A DNA stretch of 64,000 nucleotides, from the NCBI GenBank assembly GCA_964247055.1, contig OZ176051.1, positions 12,028,001 through 12,092,000 of the forward strand, given 5' to 3'. Shown in pieces: positions 1-14,607 of the stretch. The notes beneath the pieces were generated by a model that was not told the DNA's origin, made no database searches, and was given only the letters and a program-made list of their open reading frames with translations. A program made the position numbers and the translations under genes. Source of the stretch: Paragordius varius. Taxonomy: Eukaryota > Animalia > Nematomorpha. Position 1 is the first letter of the stretch. Every line of letters starts with the position of its first letter.

Positions 1-450
1 TACGTGGAATCCATATTGAATTTTTACGGTCTCATACCTAGGGCGAAAAATCGATTCAAAAAATTATTTTTGTGAACTTTGTTTTTTGAAAAAGGTGGCA
101 TTTTACGGGGGGAGCGGGTAAAAAGAGCGCCTAAATCAAAAAAGTGGCTCGACTATGTTCAGCGCAATCGAAAATAAGTAAATAAAAATCATATTTGAAA
201 TTGAATGGTCCAACACGTTCTCCGAAAAATTGTCTCAAAGACACAATTTTTGTGGACTTCTGTTTTCAAAAAACCGTTTTTCATACGGGGTGGGCCCGAA
301 CTGGAAGCCTATTTCAAAAAAGGGCGAAGCTATTGTCGGGGCATTCATTAATGATTATATTTTTTCGAAGTTTGGATTTGATTGGGTCTACCGGTTTTCC
401 TGTACCAGATCACAAAGCCAGCATTTTCCATTTTTATAAATATATAGATT
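1..450 (+). repeat. Unclassified dispersed repeat (about 450 bp); inverted copy at 47223-47626
   Basis: The reverse complement of 47223-47626 matches along its length, e.g. GGGCCCGAACTGG and GATCACAAAGCCAGCATTTTCCATTTTTATAAATATATAGATT. The ORF track shows the same spurious peptide DHKASIFHFYKYID at both sites. Confidence 0.85.
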
Positions 451-539
451 CCTGATAACATCCACCCATTCTAAGCACATTTTGCTAATGTTGAAATCAT
501 GTAATTTCAGCAACCGTAACGGAACGTGGAATTTACGTG

Positions 540-2830
540 CTTATAATAATAGATTTAGTGGTTAACAAAATGACCAAGCAAGGACATACTAGGAATTATA
601 GTCCTTCTACCGGCACTTTAGAAATCGACATACCATATTGAATATAACTCTGGCCATAACTCGTTATAATTCAACGGTGTAGGTATAATAATGAATAAAA
701 AGCTGGCTAATTTATCTGACATTTTTATTCCAATCAATAAACATTAATTGCAATCCGCATACAACCCCTCATCTATCACAATCTTTCAAATTCACGCCCC
801 TACCTCCTTTTACAGCGAAGACGACTGTGGAAAATTTTAAAGTGATCTCGAAATGGCGATTTCCAAAATATTTATCTGAGAAAATTTAATTCGATCACAG
901 GAAAAGAAAAAAACACCTCCTATGACAGGCGGCATAGGCTTAGGCATAAAAAACGAGAGAGAAGATAGATTGATTGTGAATTCTGTGCAAACCATCGTTT
1001 CTTCGTCTCAAACACCTTTTTTAAACAACCTAAACGACGTCTATACACACGGCGTTCCCCGTGCAAAGATACCGTAACCAAATTGACTTTATATTAAGTA
1101 TGGTTAAATATAAAAGTTTTTCCATAAGTCAAATGCTTAGCAGGATTGAATTGCTACAGCGACCACAACCTATTAATCGCCAAAATCTGCTAAAGTTACA
1201 AATCCCCAAAATATCCAAACCCACCAGAACAAGATTAGATGATACAATCGACAACAAGTTTAGCACCGCTTATCTAATCGTTTCGATTGTCTTGATTATA
1301 ATTCCGAAAACTATCAGGATATAAACTCTTTGGAACGCTATAAATCTGCAGGGGTATAGCCGACAAATTTATACAGCCTCTCAAACTTACTAAACAAAAA
1401 AATAAAATTGTCAATCAAAAGTCTCGAGATCGCAGAAAAACGTAGAAAATCCAAAATCAAATGCAAATGGGGTGAATACAAACAACTAAACAGTGACTTT
1501 CAGAAATGTGCAAGAGAGGACAAAAATAATTATTACGACCAATTGTGCGAAAAAAACAGACGTCAAAAATAACCGAAACCTTTTTGTCCATACAAACGAT
1601 ATTATTCCACAAGAACTTTCTACAAGAGACCTATGAGAAACGACAACAACTCATCCTCACTGAAAAAGATGAAATCCGCAAACTCTTGCTTAAACATATA
1701 AGTAAACTATACAACGTAAATAACCCCCAGACTATTAACGGACTTACTCAAGAGAAAGACCCACCTATAATGAAAAAAGAAGTTAAACACGCTATAAATG
1801 ATTCTAGTATCGGCAAAGGAGCACAGAGAAATCCCTACTAAAATAATAAAATATATTACAATCAAAATACTTACCAAATTATTTCAAAATATACTTGAGA
1901 TGGAAAAATTTTTTGAAGATTGGTGTAACTGAATTATGATTCCTATTTATAGAGAAAAATGTAATTCATAATTGTGCGACAACTATCGCACCATAGCGCT
2001 CATTAACCAAGAGTTTAAAATATTCCTTAAAATAATACATCACTTAGGCTGGTTTTCGAATAGGTAGAGGATACAGAGATATGATATGCAAAGTGAGGTG
2101 ATACTAGATAAACATATGGAATACAAATAACGGCACATGTGCTTTGTTTCTACATAGCATTTGTTTCCATCCAACACAATAATTACGAACATCCCTAAAA
2201 CAACTTGGAATATTAACCCATTCAATCAAAGTCACATTCTTAATTTACTTAAATTCCACGGCTGTACACGGTATAACTGGCACATGTAAGGTGCAAGTCG
2301 GCCCACGCCAAAGCTGTGTTCTATCCTCTATTCTTTTTAACGCTTACCTCAAATCCATATTAAGAAACTCCCAGAAACTAATGTCATTAACGTAGTGGAA
2401 ATTTACTTACATACGTTCATTACGCGAATGAAACAGTCTTATTCGCCGACAGTGTAAACACATTAGAGGTTTTGCAAGTGTTTACAACTCAATAAATTTG
2501 GAAAATATAAAAAAAACAAAAGTTTTGCAAATCGACCCGGCTCAAAAGGAATTCAATATACCTCAACGGTGACACGTAATTGGGCAGCAATATAAACAAT
2601 GACAACAACTCTACTCCAGAAATAAAACAAAGAATTGCCCTTACAAAAGCAGTCACATTCAATAACAAGCAACCAATCATCAACCGAATTAAACGCCAGA
2701 TCCGGTATTGGCAATGAATGCAAAAGTTATATTTTCAATGTGGCAGGTAGTCGGAATCAACTTTAGCAACAACAAAAACAAAATAACTGCAAAATATTAA
2801 TGGAAATATCTTAATTTGGTAAAAAACTGA
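540..2830 (+). mobile_element. Decayed RTE-clade LINE (endonuclease and RT remnants) inside an ACLY intron
   Basis: Broken frames give RNQIDFIL (EN), EKDPPIMKKEVKHAI (linker), CDNYRTIALIN and PRQSCVLSSILFNAY (RT). These are collinear with the intact RTE at 16686. Many stops and frameshifts; ends approximate. Confidence 0.8.
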
Positions 2831-2869
2831 TAGAAAAGTATTAAACAGTCAAAAAGCAAAATCAATTAC

Positions 2870-5800
2870 CAATTTTAAAGCAGGCCGGCTTTATAGCACC
2901 CACGGTGGCTGGTCCAATTATTGTAATTTTATGATGAGGATGGTGATGTTTCCCAGCTTCATTTTTGTTTGAAACTTTTTCGGCATGCGCTATGAGAGAT
3001 TTCGTCAAATTTTCTGGAATACCTTCAGCTATGATTGCGATCGTACGAATCTTGACAAAATTATATATTTATATGATAACAAGGTATAAAATGCTATTTT
3101 ATATAAAAAATGAAAACACTAGTTAATTAAGCCTATCACAAGTTTTTCTCATCTAAAGTATGGATTTATGATTAATATTGGGAATATATAACAAAATGTT
3201 TGATTTCAGAGCATACAAAAATGCAAAATTAAATAATAATCACACATTTAGGGTTTAGGGGAGTGAATTATATGTGAATGAATTGGAATAAATTAATTTA
3301 ATTATTGCTAAAATCTTTTAAACCTGCAGTTTTATTTATAAACATCTATGGACGCCTTCTTTACTGATAATTTCAATCCGCGCAGATACATAATCTTATG
3401 TTTCGGGTGTATTCGTTTTCACTGACGCCCAATACAAGGCCCTGAATATATTCTTTCGACCTCTTCAAAATTTTATCTTCCTCAACGAGTAATTACCGTT
3501 GTTGTCATTAATAGCGGTCGCGTAAGGGGGTATGACCAACTTTTTTTATGTGTCCTTGTAATTAAAAACTTTATTTAAACCTTTCATATAGTGATTCCGT
3601 TCTCTCTTTTATAACCATTCTCACAAGCCTTTTGAGATCCTTATTATTCCTTTTATATTTTTCCCGCTCCTGGTTGTTATAATGGGTAAATATCCAGAAT
3701 TCAAAGGCTTGATTTTTTTACGATTTCATGTTTGGTCTTTCAGTCATGCCTCTTTATACACCTGATTTTTAACACCCTTCATTCTAAACACCCTAACTCC
3801 CGCCTCTCTAATTGTTTTAAACATAAAGACCTATCTCTTTCTGGATCGCTGTTCCTGTTTAGTATAACTACAGTTTCTACAAATCTTTCTTTACTGTTAT
3901 TGAAAAAATTCCATCACATTACCTTCGATGCTATAAGCTTTACGCTTTCAACAAATATTGGTATATCCGTTATATATTTGTGCATAATTATATGTTGTGA
4001 AACAAAAGACAAGAAAAAATATAGAATAATTGATATAAGGAACTCAAAAGACTAGTGAGATTGGTTAAAAAAAGAACACGAAATCACCTTGTGAAGAGAA
4101 TCAAAATAAAGTTTTTATATTTGCTCGACAAAGACACAGATGAAAGCTAAATTTTCTCCCTTACGCGACCGCTATTAAAGACAAAAACGGCAAATTACTC
4201 GTTGGAGAAGAGATTTTAAAGAGATGGAAATAATATTTCCAGGACAGTGAAACAAATTCACACGATATACCAGATTATGTATGTGCGCATATTTAAAGAA
4301 GTCGATATTGGTTTGAAAAAGATATTAATAAATAAAGCTGCAGTTCCAGACTTAAACATTAATTGTTGAAAAAAGTTAGAGAAAGGTATCAAATGTATAA
4401 CGATTATTTTTAATAATATATTATAAGTATTACTATCCGATTGTAAAAAGAGTTTCACTGTTACCATTTTTGGGTAAAGGAATTATAAATGATTGAAAAA
4501 TTACAGAATATAAGATTGATGTCCCATAATGAGATTAGAAAAACGGAAAAGAATGGTTTATATAGAGCAGGATTTACTGCAGTATTCGCAAAATATATGA
4601 GCTTTAACAAGTATTTAACTGATTTCGCAACAAAAGACTGTAACAACTACTATTTATTCAATCAATTTTACTTAGATCTCGTATAATTTTGTATCAAAAT
4701 TTGTCGCTAAAAATATTTTGCAGGTCCCGGTATGGAGAGTAATAAAAATTGGTTTTATTCCAGTAAAACACCGTCGATCCGATTCACGCAGTTAGAATGT
4801 TAATTGAAAAGCAGATAAAAATAAAAATAAAGTGTTTAATTTTGATTGGTAAAAAGCGTCTGCCATGATACCGCAAAGTATAATATAAAACGAAACAACG
4901 TGCCTGAAAGTTTCAAAAATATCCTCAAAAACATGTACGGCTCTAACCATATTATAAATAAAAGACATCAGGGAGTGTCAGATCATATCAAAATAAATTA
5001 AGGCGTCTATCAGGGGTCAGCAATCAGTCCGTTGCTTGAAATTATAAAAATTAACAATGTAATGGGTGGTATTTGCTGTACGCCGATGATGAAATAGTGT
5101 TGTGTCATGTGGCATGAATTGAAAAAAATTGTCATATGCTAATTAAATTTTGGTAAAAATGATGAATATATTGTGGAAGGGAGGAGGACAATAGCCCTAA
5201 AAACAAATGGATAGATACGGTTAAGATATGGCAAAGTTGAACTAAAATCGCAAGAAGAACGCCTTAGTCAAAGTTCAATGGGGAAATAGTTTTCAAATGT
5301 ATGACCGCTTGAAAGAATGATATCATATAATGTAGTTATTATATTAATTAAAATTATTTAAAGCATGAAAATCGATTACCAGTAATTTTTGTAAAGCGTA
5401 AGAAATAAAACTAAAATAAAATATGGTAATACTATTTAAATTGTTAAGTTCTTTAAGAATACCAAAAAAAGGCTTGGACGTTTGTATAAAAAAACATAAA
5501 GCAAATACCTATCGCACCTACTGTAAAGATAAAATATAACTAGGAGGCTGATATGTGGGTAATTGAGATAATAAAACAAGAGGGATATCAAAGGATAGCT
5601 TTTAGATTGAGAATAAATATACAGGAAAACGAAAAAATTAACAATCTAACAAATATGTTTTTTTAAATTAACAATATATTTTTATCATTCAAGAAAGTTT
5701 ACTAGTAGTATTCGGAAATTCATATTAATTTCAATTAATAAAATTTTAAATTTGGTTACAGAAATTTTTGATTACTTGGGGAAATTGCATACATTCCATA

Positions 5801-8800
5801 GTACTATCATAGGCGGATCGTAATGAAGCAAAATTTATCATAACATCGGCATCCCCATGCTTTTTCATAGCAACATCCATTTTGGCATATACTAATCAAA
5901 TGAAAACATAATAATTAATTGTTAAATTCAATTATATTTTCAAATCGTTAAATGCATATTAATTTGATAGGTTTTAATTTTTTGATCAAAAAAATAATAG
6001 TGCCTAATTCCGAATTTGTGTATGAAAGTTAATCAATTATGGTCGACGGTTGTGAAAATAATGAACGCGACTGATTTATCAAAATAACCCAAAAAGTTTT
6101 ATAGAGATGTTTATTTCGTGATTATATTTACCAATTAACAATGTAAAAAAAGTACCAATTTTTTATTAGTTTGTCATTTAAACACGATATAAACACTTTT
6201 AAAAGAAATTTATTGTAATTTTCGCTTATCAATTCTAATTCAATTTACTTTTTGCATTTAACCAGTTAATTATTATAATTATTATTATTTAGAGGTACAC
6301 CTTAGGCGTAGTAATTTCATTTCTAAAAATCCTTGTAAAAACCACTTATTATAAATTAAAATTCGTATTTTTAACATCTAATTATGCGAAATTAAAATTC
6401 GTAATTTTAACATTTGATTATGGGTAAACGCATAAATTATTTGATTATTTCTCAATGAATCAAATTATATAAAATATTTCCAAGATTCTATTACGAATGT
6501 AAATGACTGTAAACCTGGTATAAATATTTCCTTGTGACCCCAATAAAATTTAGCCTTGTGGTCTCCAGTAAAAGGATAAACCATAGCTGCCACCGAAGGC
6601 TGACTCCGAGCGCAGGAATAATCAAAATCTAACATACTTTGAACGGCTCGTAATTGCATACCCCAAATAATGGCACGCGTATTTTTCCTATAAAATTTTG
6701 GTAAATATATATGGAATTATCAAATTTTATAATTTGTTGCATAAAAAATCTAAGACTGAATTAGGTGTTAAAAACGGTTTATGAATCGCTTTTCAAAATA
6801 ACTAAACCAGTCAAGTCAAACGCTCCTCTAAATATATATTTATATAGTAATAATAATATATTGATACTTAAACTTAAATAAATTATGTCAAATATAGTAC
6901 TTTAATAAATAATCAATTTTAGTATAAATATGAATGATGCCCTAAATAATTATTTTAAAGTTTTGTTTAAACAAGTGACAATATATATATACATATGTAT
7001 CTGTAGGAAAAAGTATTTTTATGGTCGCAAATAACTGCAATCACGTTGAACTAGGTTAGGAAAGTTTTACACAAAACTACACATATTTTTTTAAAAAGTT
7101 ACTCTATTGATATCTATCGTGTAGGATATGTGTAAACTCGGAGGGAAAAATTTTGTTAAAGCATTCCAATTTCCTTTCCATATTAAAAGGTGTTAATGTA
7201 AAAATTTATATTGTAAATACACTTATAGTTATTAATAGAGAAAGTTAAAAATGTGGGTACTAATATTATATAGTCAACACCGGTTTTTCATGAAATATTA
7301 TCCATATAACACCATTCGATTTTTTTCCAAAAATATATATTAAAATAATTTTATTTAATTCTCTTTATATGGGGTTTGAAATATGCACAAACTACTAAGT
7401 GTATGTAAAATTAAACTCGAACGATTTTGCTCTAAAACCAATTGGATATCGCAAAAGTGTATGATGTAGCATAATCTAATACAAGTCGCTGTTTGTTAGT
7501 TTTAAAAATTGTCCTTAAAATAAGTGAAAATCTCCTGTTTATTTACATATATAATCATCAAATAAGCATGACATACATATAAATTCTAAACCTAAGATTA
7601 AAAAAAATTACGTGAAAAGAAGATAATCTTGGACTGTGTTTATTGATGTGACTTTATTTGAAGAATGCTTATCAGCCTTTTTAACATCATCATCATGCAT
7701 GGTGGATTGAAGGGAATCGCCTTTAGATGGCCAATCCATATCAATACCATTCGGCAAATTATTTTTTGTTGCAATGTTTGGGTCTGTCTGACTTTTTACA
7801 CCAAGCTGCTGTTTATTTGGGGTGTGAGAACTACTGGCAGTCGAAGAAGTCCCATGTGATATACTTTTCTATGCGCAATTATTAGTTTAATATCAAAAGG
7901 CATTTAAAAGACATTATATATATATAAACTTTTTGCGCGCTTTTTTATGGCAGACCTATATATCTAGGTTTTTTTTGAAAAAATGTCTTGTTTAATCCTT
8001 TTATCTGCTACTATTTATTTTTCAGCACACAAACAATTAAAAAAATGATTTTCAAAATTTTGCCATTTTTTTCATATAATAAAAAAAAGAATATACTGCA
8101 AATTTTCTGCAGTCTCATGTTTTAACAGAAAAAAATGTTTGAAAGCATAAAATGTTAACCATTCCGCTCGAGAGTAAGAAATTGGCTGTAGTTTCCGAAG
8201 GCACGGGTTCAGGAGCAATATCAGTTTTACCAAGCGCCATCCCCACGATAGCTGTCATGTGTGTTTCAGGTCCATACACGTAAATGGGAACACCGGATAA
8301 AGTTTTGCCTAAAAAGCCAAATAAGGGTATAAACATTATATTTTTAAGAAAATAAATCGGTTGGGTGTAATGAAATATAAATTAACAGTCCATAAGGTTA
8401 AAGTAATTAAAAAATTGAAACAACACATATATATATATATATATATTAGTTAGTAATGATGCTTTCTTTAGGTTAAATTAATCAAAAAATTATTTTGCCT
8501 AAAACTATATATTACAAAATATGGATGTTTGATGAATAATGGATATAATTATTTAAATAGATATATATATATATATATGCATAAACATCAGCTTTCATAC
8601 AAAATGGTAAGAACCATCAATTATTCATGTGTTAAATAAAATGGGATATCGTACGAACATGCACATAATAATTTCAAAAATATAATCTATAATAATCGCA
8701 CAAAATAGAATAATAGCTAGTTTATGTTAATAAAGAGCTTTAATACCCAAATTTTTCATGATTCTCAAGCCCTCTTGATAATTGGGTCCAGCACGGCGCA

Positions 8801-9925
8801 CATATATACGGGCATTCACGTCACAAAGTTTGGCGTGAAAATCGGTCAGGGCTCTAACGATACCCTTAAAGGTTGCCGCGACATTCGTAAAATTGGCAAT
8901 TCCTCCCCCAATAATCAAAACTTTTCCCCCTAACATATGTCATTAAAGTATAAGAATTAGCAAATTAAATAAGCTATGATAGGTTTGAAATAACATTAAA
9001 AATTTCAAAAAAACAGTTACGCGTCCAATAAAGTGAAATGTAATGATTTATAAATGTTATAGTTAAATTCAAATCTATCAAGCTAATAAGCAGAAATGTT
9101 CTAAGGTAAAATATTTCAAAATTCTGAGTAAATGTATGAAATATGGTTATTATTACAATTATAATTCGGCTAACGCTATAAATGAATTTATTGGGTGCAT
9201 TTTCGATTACTACTATAATAATCTTTATCATACGTATAAATAAATACGATTATTACATTTCAAAAATATCTTTTAGACAAAGATATTACTAGTGGTAATC
9301 GAAAATTAAGTTTTAAATAAATTTGTTAAACATAAAACTTAAATTAAAAGTATGTAATGCAATACATACCACCTTTAACACCCACATCATCTGTATTATT
9401 GGACGTGCCATACTGTTTTGTCATGAGTGATAAGATAGTTTTGGCATATTCATAGGTTTGGGATTCGGTCGGAGCTCCTGAATATTCGCCATAGTTTGCA
9501 AGTTCATGCGCACCGCCAAGTTCACAAATAGTGTCACTAAAGACAGAATTAATGTTCATTATATTTTACATTTATTTTTTACATTTTTGTTGCAAATATA
9601 AATATTTTATCATTAATATTTTTATTTCTTTTCGTTTTAGTTCATCCATTGTATATTATCATGAATCACAAATTTTGGATATATAGTTTATTTAATGCAT
9701 TTTAGAGATTTATTCATTTTTATAAAAAACCAGTAAACAACAACTTTGTAAGAATTAAAATGGACTAATTCTGATTATAATAAAAGAATTTTATGGAAAC
9801 ATCTTAGTCATGGGTATAAATTATTTTAATAGTTTTTGCATCTATATAACACATAATTATGCAATTTGGGCTATAAATGTAGTATATATGCATACGAAAA
9901 GTATTTTTACAACAGGTAAAAACAG

Positions 9926-9956
<31 letters not shown>

Positions 9957-10420
9957 TGTATTTTTCAACATATTCTCAACAACCAAAATGTAATATATGT
10001 CATTAACATTTTAAGCATATTACTTTATAATAAACTCACGAAAAGTCATTTAAAATATTTGCATGATATTTGTTAAAACCAATCTACAATGGATTAAATA
10101 AAAGAATATTTGTAATTAAGAAATTAATATTAGTAGTAAAAAATGAATATTAGTGAAAATAAAAAAGAAACAAAGGGCCATCGTGCACGAGTAAGCATTA
10201 CCATGCCCATTAAGTAATAATTATTTTTTACTATTTACTATTGAAGGGAAAAAATATTACGTATACATACTCAATAAATGCCCTTTCTTTCCTTTTTTAT
10301 CTTTCACTAATAGTAAAAAATGCTTCCATGGCCCTTTCTTTGTTTTTTATTTCACTAATATTCATTTTTTTACTTTTAATATTAATTTCTTTATTATATG
10401 CTTTTATTATATCCACTGAG

Positions 10421-10461
<41 letters not shown>

Positions 10462-13400
10462 CATGCATTCTGTTAATTAATATCAAGTAGCATACCTGTA
10501 TATAACAGAGGCCCCACCCCCCGCAACCATGGTCCAAATCCTACCCCTCGGATTTAAAATCGTGAGTTTAAGTGAAGCACCACTTCGGGCATCAAGTTCA
10601 CGGGTATATTCTTCCTGGTAACATATAGCAATATAACATTTTAAAGATTTTTCTGAGGGGCAATTTATATTTTAGACTCATTAACCACTAAAATGTTACA
10701 TTTGTATACATATTTACAGGTAAAAAGTTCATAATAGTTGTATGACACTTATATATGTTAAAAATACAAGGGTTAAGCCTGCAATTATTCCTTCGGTATT
10801 TCAATACTACCCATAATTTTAAAGTTATATTGTAACAATAATTAATTGCTATAATGACACAACCAGTAAGAATTTTATCTATCTAAGTTTTTTGCAAAAC
10901 AAAAACGGCGTTAAAAAATACTTCAGGGTAAGCATCCCTGCCAAAGGGTGGTGGAAAACTTATATCATCTCCCCATTTAGCTTTACACAAGTATTCGGCA
11001 CATGTGTCAATCTTAGCGGCAACATCAAGCGGTATTATAGCATTATTTTCAACTTTCATTACTACGAAAAAAAATGGGAAATTATAGAAATTATAAAAAT
11101 TAAAAGGAATATTTTGTACTCATTTTAAAATGAATTCGTACTAGCCGCACAAATGGTCATACAGAGTCTATTCAACAAAATCACATGTTAATTAAAGGTA
11201 AGCCATTTAATATTTGGTTAAAAAGAAAGAAAAATGTAAATTTTTTTCGTGTGTTTGTAAAAAAAAATTTCAACTGTATATCAAGTATAAAGAAACAACA
11301 TTCATCATAATACCTAATGGATTTATTTCAAGGTAAGTGAAGTAGAGCTCAGAATAAAACTTGAACAATCGTTCCAGGAATTTGGCTAATTCGCTAAAAT
11401 ATATATATATATATATATAATGAGAGGACAAAATAATTTTTTTTGAGAGAAATTTAAAATACATATAAATTTATTTAATTAATTTAAAATATAATATACA
11501 TACGCTTTTTGTTTGGGTGAAACGTTATGTAATAATTTTGATTCAATTTCATGTGCGCTTGGGAAAGTTTCAATAGGTATATCCATTTTCATAGCCTTAA
11601 TTAAAAATATGAATACAACAATTAAGTGGTATAATTTAAATTTTTGGGGAAAATTTTATTCGTGCAAAACACTTTATGTGAATTATTTTATGTTATACAG
11701 TAAAAAATCATACGGAGGACATAATGACATATATTTTTTTTAGATAGAAACAACCTAACTTTTTAAATAATTTTTTTTCCAAATATAACTTAATTGCTTT
11801 AATCTGCGTATTAGTAGCACTATCAATTAGGTATTTTACAAATGTTGTATATAAATGATTTTTTAGGGTAAATTAAGGTTTAAAAACTATGGTTGTCTTT
11901 TGATTAAACAAATTGTCTTAATATTATTACGTTTCCGTATAATTTCATTTTTAAATGTATTTCTTTCAGAATTAGGCTTACTTTAGAATCAACATCTCCG
12001 ATATCTACACCACCGGCATGGTAAAAAAGCATGTAGTCCCCTCCACGGTATGAGTATATGCAGACATACATTTCCTCCTCCTGTGTTTTTATGAGAAACA
12101 TGATTATTTTTGTAAAATTCAGGAAAAAATATAGATTATAATCCCTTGCGTATTATTTAAACGCTTTATTTATATTCAACTTAATTTTGTGAACACAGAT
12201 TATGGATAGTCAACATGCGGTAAAACCTTTGAAATGAATGCAACTTTTTAAAGCCCATATATATTTAAAAACTAATTTGATGCCAAAATGCAGCCCGCGA
12301 AGCCATTTGTGTTGAGCATACCTGATTTAGAATTTCTTGTTTCCTTATTTTTATTAAAAGGTAAGGACTGAAATCGTAACAGCAGAAGCTTTAACAATCG
12401 TCTAACGAGGGTAATTAACCGTGGTTATAAAAATAAATTGCGCAATTTCCTGACATACATCATACATACATACAATGTAATAATTAGTTGCTCTACCTAC
12501 TATACTAGGACAATACAGTGACATATATATATGGGCATTCATGAATAATTTAATTTATTTCACTCATAAGAATAACAAAATGCCAACGCAATATAACATT
12601 TCTTGCCGCTAGTTTTTGCCAATTAAATAGCCTTATTTAATAAATTTTAAAGAAATATCAATTTTTTTAAGATTTTGTGAGCAGCATATTTTGATAAAAA
12701 AAAGTTTCCAAATTTTTCACAGGTCCCACATAAAGAGATCCCCTGTATTGAACCATCAATAACACCTTCTAATATATGATAGGAATAAAAGGAAAAAAGC
12801 ACATTTGTTGGCTCACAAAATTAATAAATATGTAATGAATGCATAATGAATAAATAACGTTTCGTTTCTTGTTACAAAATTAACAATTTGTTTTATAAGT
12901 ATGTATTTTAAATTATTAGTTAGAGTACAAATATTATGTTTGATAAGTAAAAATTATTTTTATGTATAGGAAAATATAAAAAATTAATATATTTTCAACT
13001 TTCACCATATATATTATGCCCATTAAAATATTTATTATCCATCAATCTAATATTCATTTTAACGAATATTTTATATAATTAATTTTGGCGATATGCATTT
13101 ATCCAATTATAAATGGACAATCAAACATTTTTAATGTATAATATTTTTATCATTAATTCTCTAATATTAATAAATTGAAATGGTCAAAATTTTAACAAAA
13201 AAATGATAATCATCGTTAAAATTATTTATAATCAAAATATAAACGGAATAAAATAAATTTTAAAAATAAAATAATTGTCCAAACTATAATTAAATGGCTA
13301 AGTTTAAAAATTACCATAATTTTTCAATAAAGATTTATGCCAGTTTTTACACAAGTAAAAAAATCAATACATACATATAAATATATAGTTTTGTAAAATC

Positions 13401-13964
13401 TCAAGAGAATTTATGGATAATATATTTTTATAATATACAGTTTTAAGGATTGTTAAAAAATTTGCATTAAAGCCAAATCATCTTGTTAAGAAAGATAAAT
13501 AATAAAAAAACCTGGTAATGTGGTAGAAATTTCTCAATGATAAAATTTTTGATAACTCCTTTTGCTTTACCAACCTAAAAAAGATAATTAAAAAAATTAT
13601 ATTTCGAAAAAGTTACCTGAACTTCTTGAGTACGATACTTTTCTATCCAATCGCAAACTTGTTCATATGTTGCTTTAACTAGCAAAAGACCAAGTTTTCC
13701 ACGTCGTTTAATTAATTGATCAGGTTTGACTACCAACTCCTAAATATTAATATGTTAATTAACATGGAAAATAATATTTTTAGGATAAATAAATTCTTAA
13801 ATTACTTCTTTAAGAAGCCATGGATATTTTTCGGGCAGTGTTTTCAAATTTGTTTTTGGGTCGACGGACACAAAATAATCTTCGCCTTGTCCTTGATTAT
13901 TTTGAAGGACGTATTTATTTAATAATTCTTTTCCTTTAACTTCAAAAATAGCTTTAGATGACAT
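2870..13964 (-). CDS. ACLY: ATP-citrate lyase, spliced, 3'-partial (continues beyond the left edge). Exons: 13964-13806, 13739-13617, 13574-13512, 12080-11982, 11595-11504, 11393-11314, 11061-10922, 10614-10496, 9536-9370, 8929-8747, 8308-8160, 7868-7612, 6687-6515, 5891-5776, 3050-2870
   Basis: All junctions are GT-AG with consistent phases. The translation gives [115 protein letters not shown] and IIAEGIPE...IIGPATVG, all hallmark animal ACLY motifs. Confidence 0.97.
3322..3990 (-). mobile_element. Decayed RTE LINE fragment (linker region), inverted relative to the adjacent copy
   Basis: The reverse complement of 3322-3690 aligns with 4000-4340, e.g. CCTTACGCGACCGCTATTAA(T/A)GACAA(C/A)AACGG and ATAAATAAA(A/G)CTGCAG. 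Confidence 0.75.
4000..5700 (+). mobile_element. Decayed RTE LINE (linker and RT) in an ACLY intron
   Basis: Remnant RT motifs: [11 protein letters not shown] (about 4780), [12 protein letters not shown] (about 5002), LLYADD (about 5073). Frames are disrupted; ends approximate. Confidence 0.8.
12288..12324. mobile_element. Isolated hAT-type terminal remnant in an ACLY intron
   Basis: ATGCAGCCCGCGAAGCC...GTTGAGCATACCTG resembles the Charlie/Buster end seen at 56130-56167. No partner end was found. Confidence 0.4.
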
Positions 13965-14607
13965 AATTGGCTACGTAGTATGGAGATAAATAATTGTAGC
14001 GTGATATTCAGATGGTCGAATACAAAATGGTAAATATTTGAGATGGCAACAGTTAAATGCTCTTTTTTGTTATTCCGTTTGGGCCATAAATAACCCATAA
14101 ATATATTTGAAAGAATTGGCAAAATTTAACTTTATACATATTATTTAATAAACTAAATATTGTAAAAAGAATTATAATTGTTTTAAACTCCCAAAGCCAG
14201 GTAAAATAGTATATATTTTTAAGCGGTTTTCTCATTCTCTTTTTAAATGTAATTATATAACATTTTATTTTTTACGATTTTGCTAACAATTTGGTGTATG
14301 TGTCGATAAACTTTCAGATAAATTTTATTATTGTATATATCGAAGGATTTTTAAAAAGTTTTTGTTTATATTCAAATTTAAATAATTTCTCTTATTATTA
14401 TCAAAAATCCTTAATATCATATTTCATTTGATTTATTATCATCTTAAAACTTTTTTTGGAAACACATTGAGATCTTTTTCCAAAGCTACCTTAACATTTC
14501 AAAATCTTTTAAATTTTTGCCCGCTCGAATATTGGGATAATTTCATATCGCAGGCTTTCTCTTGCGAATAATATACAGTTTTAAAAAAAATTTAGTTGCC
14601 ATTTTAA

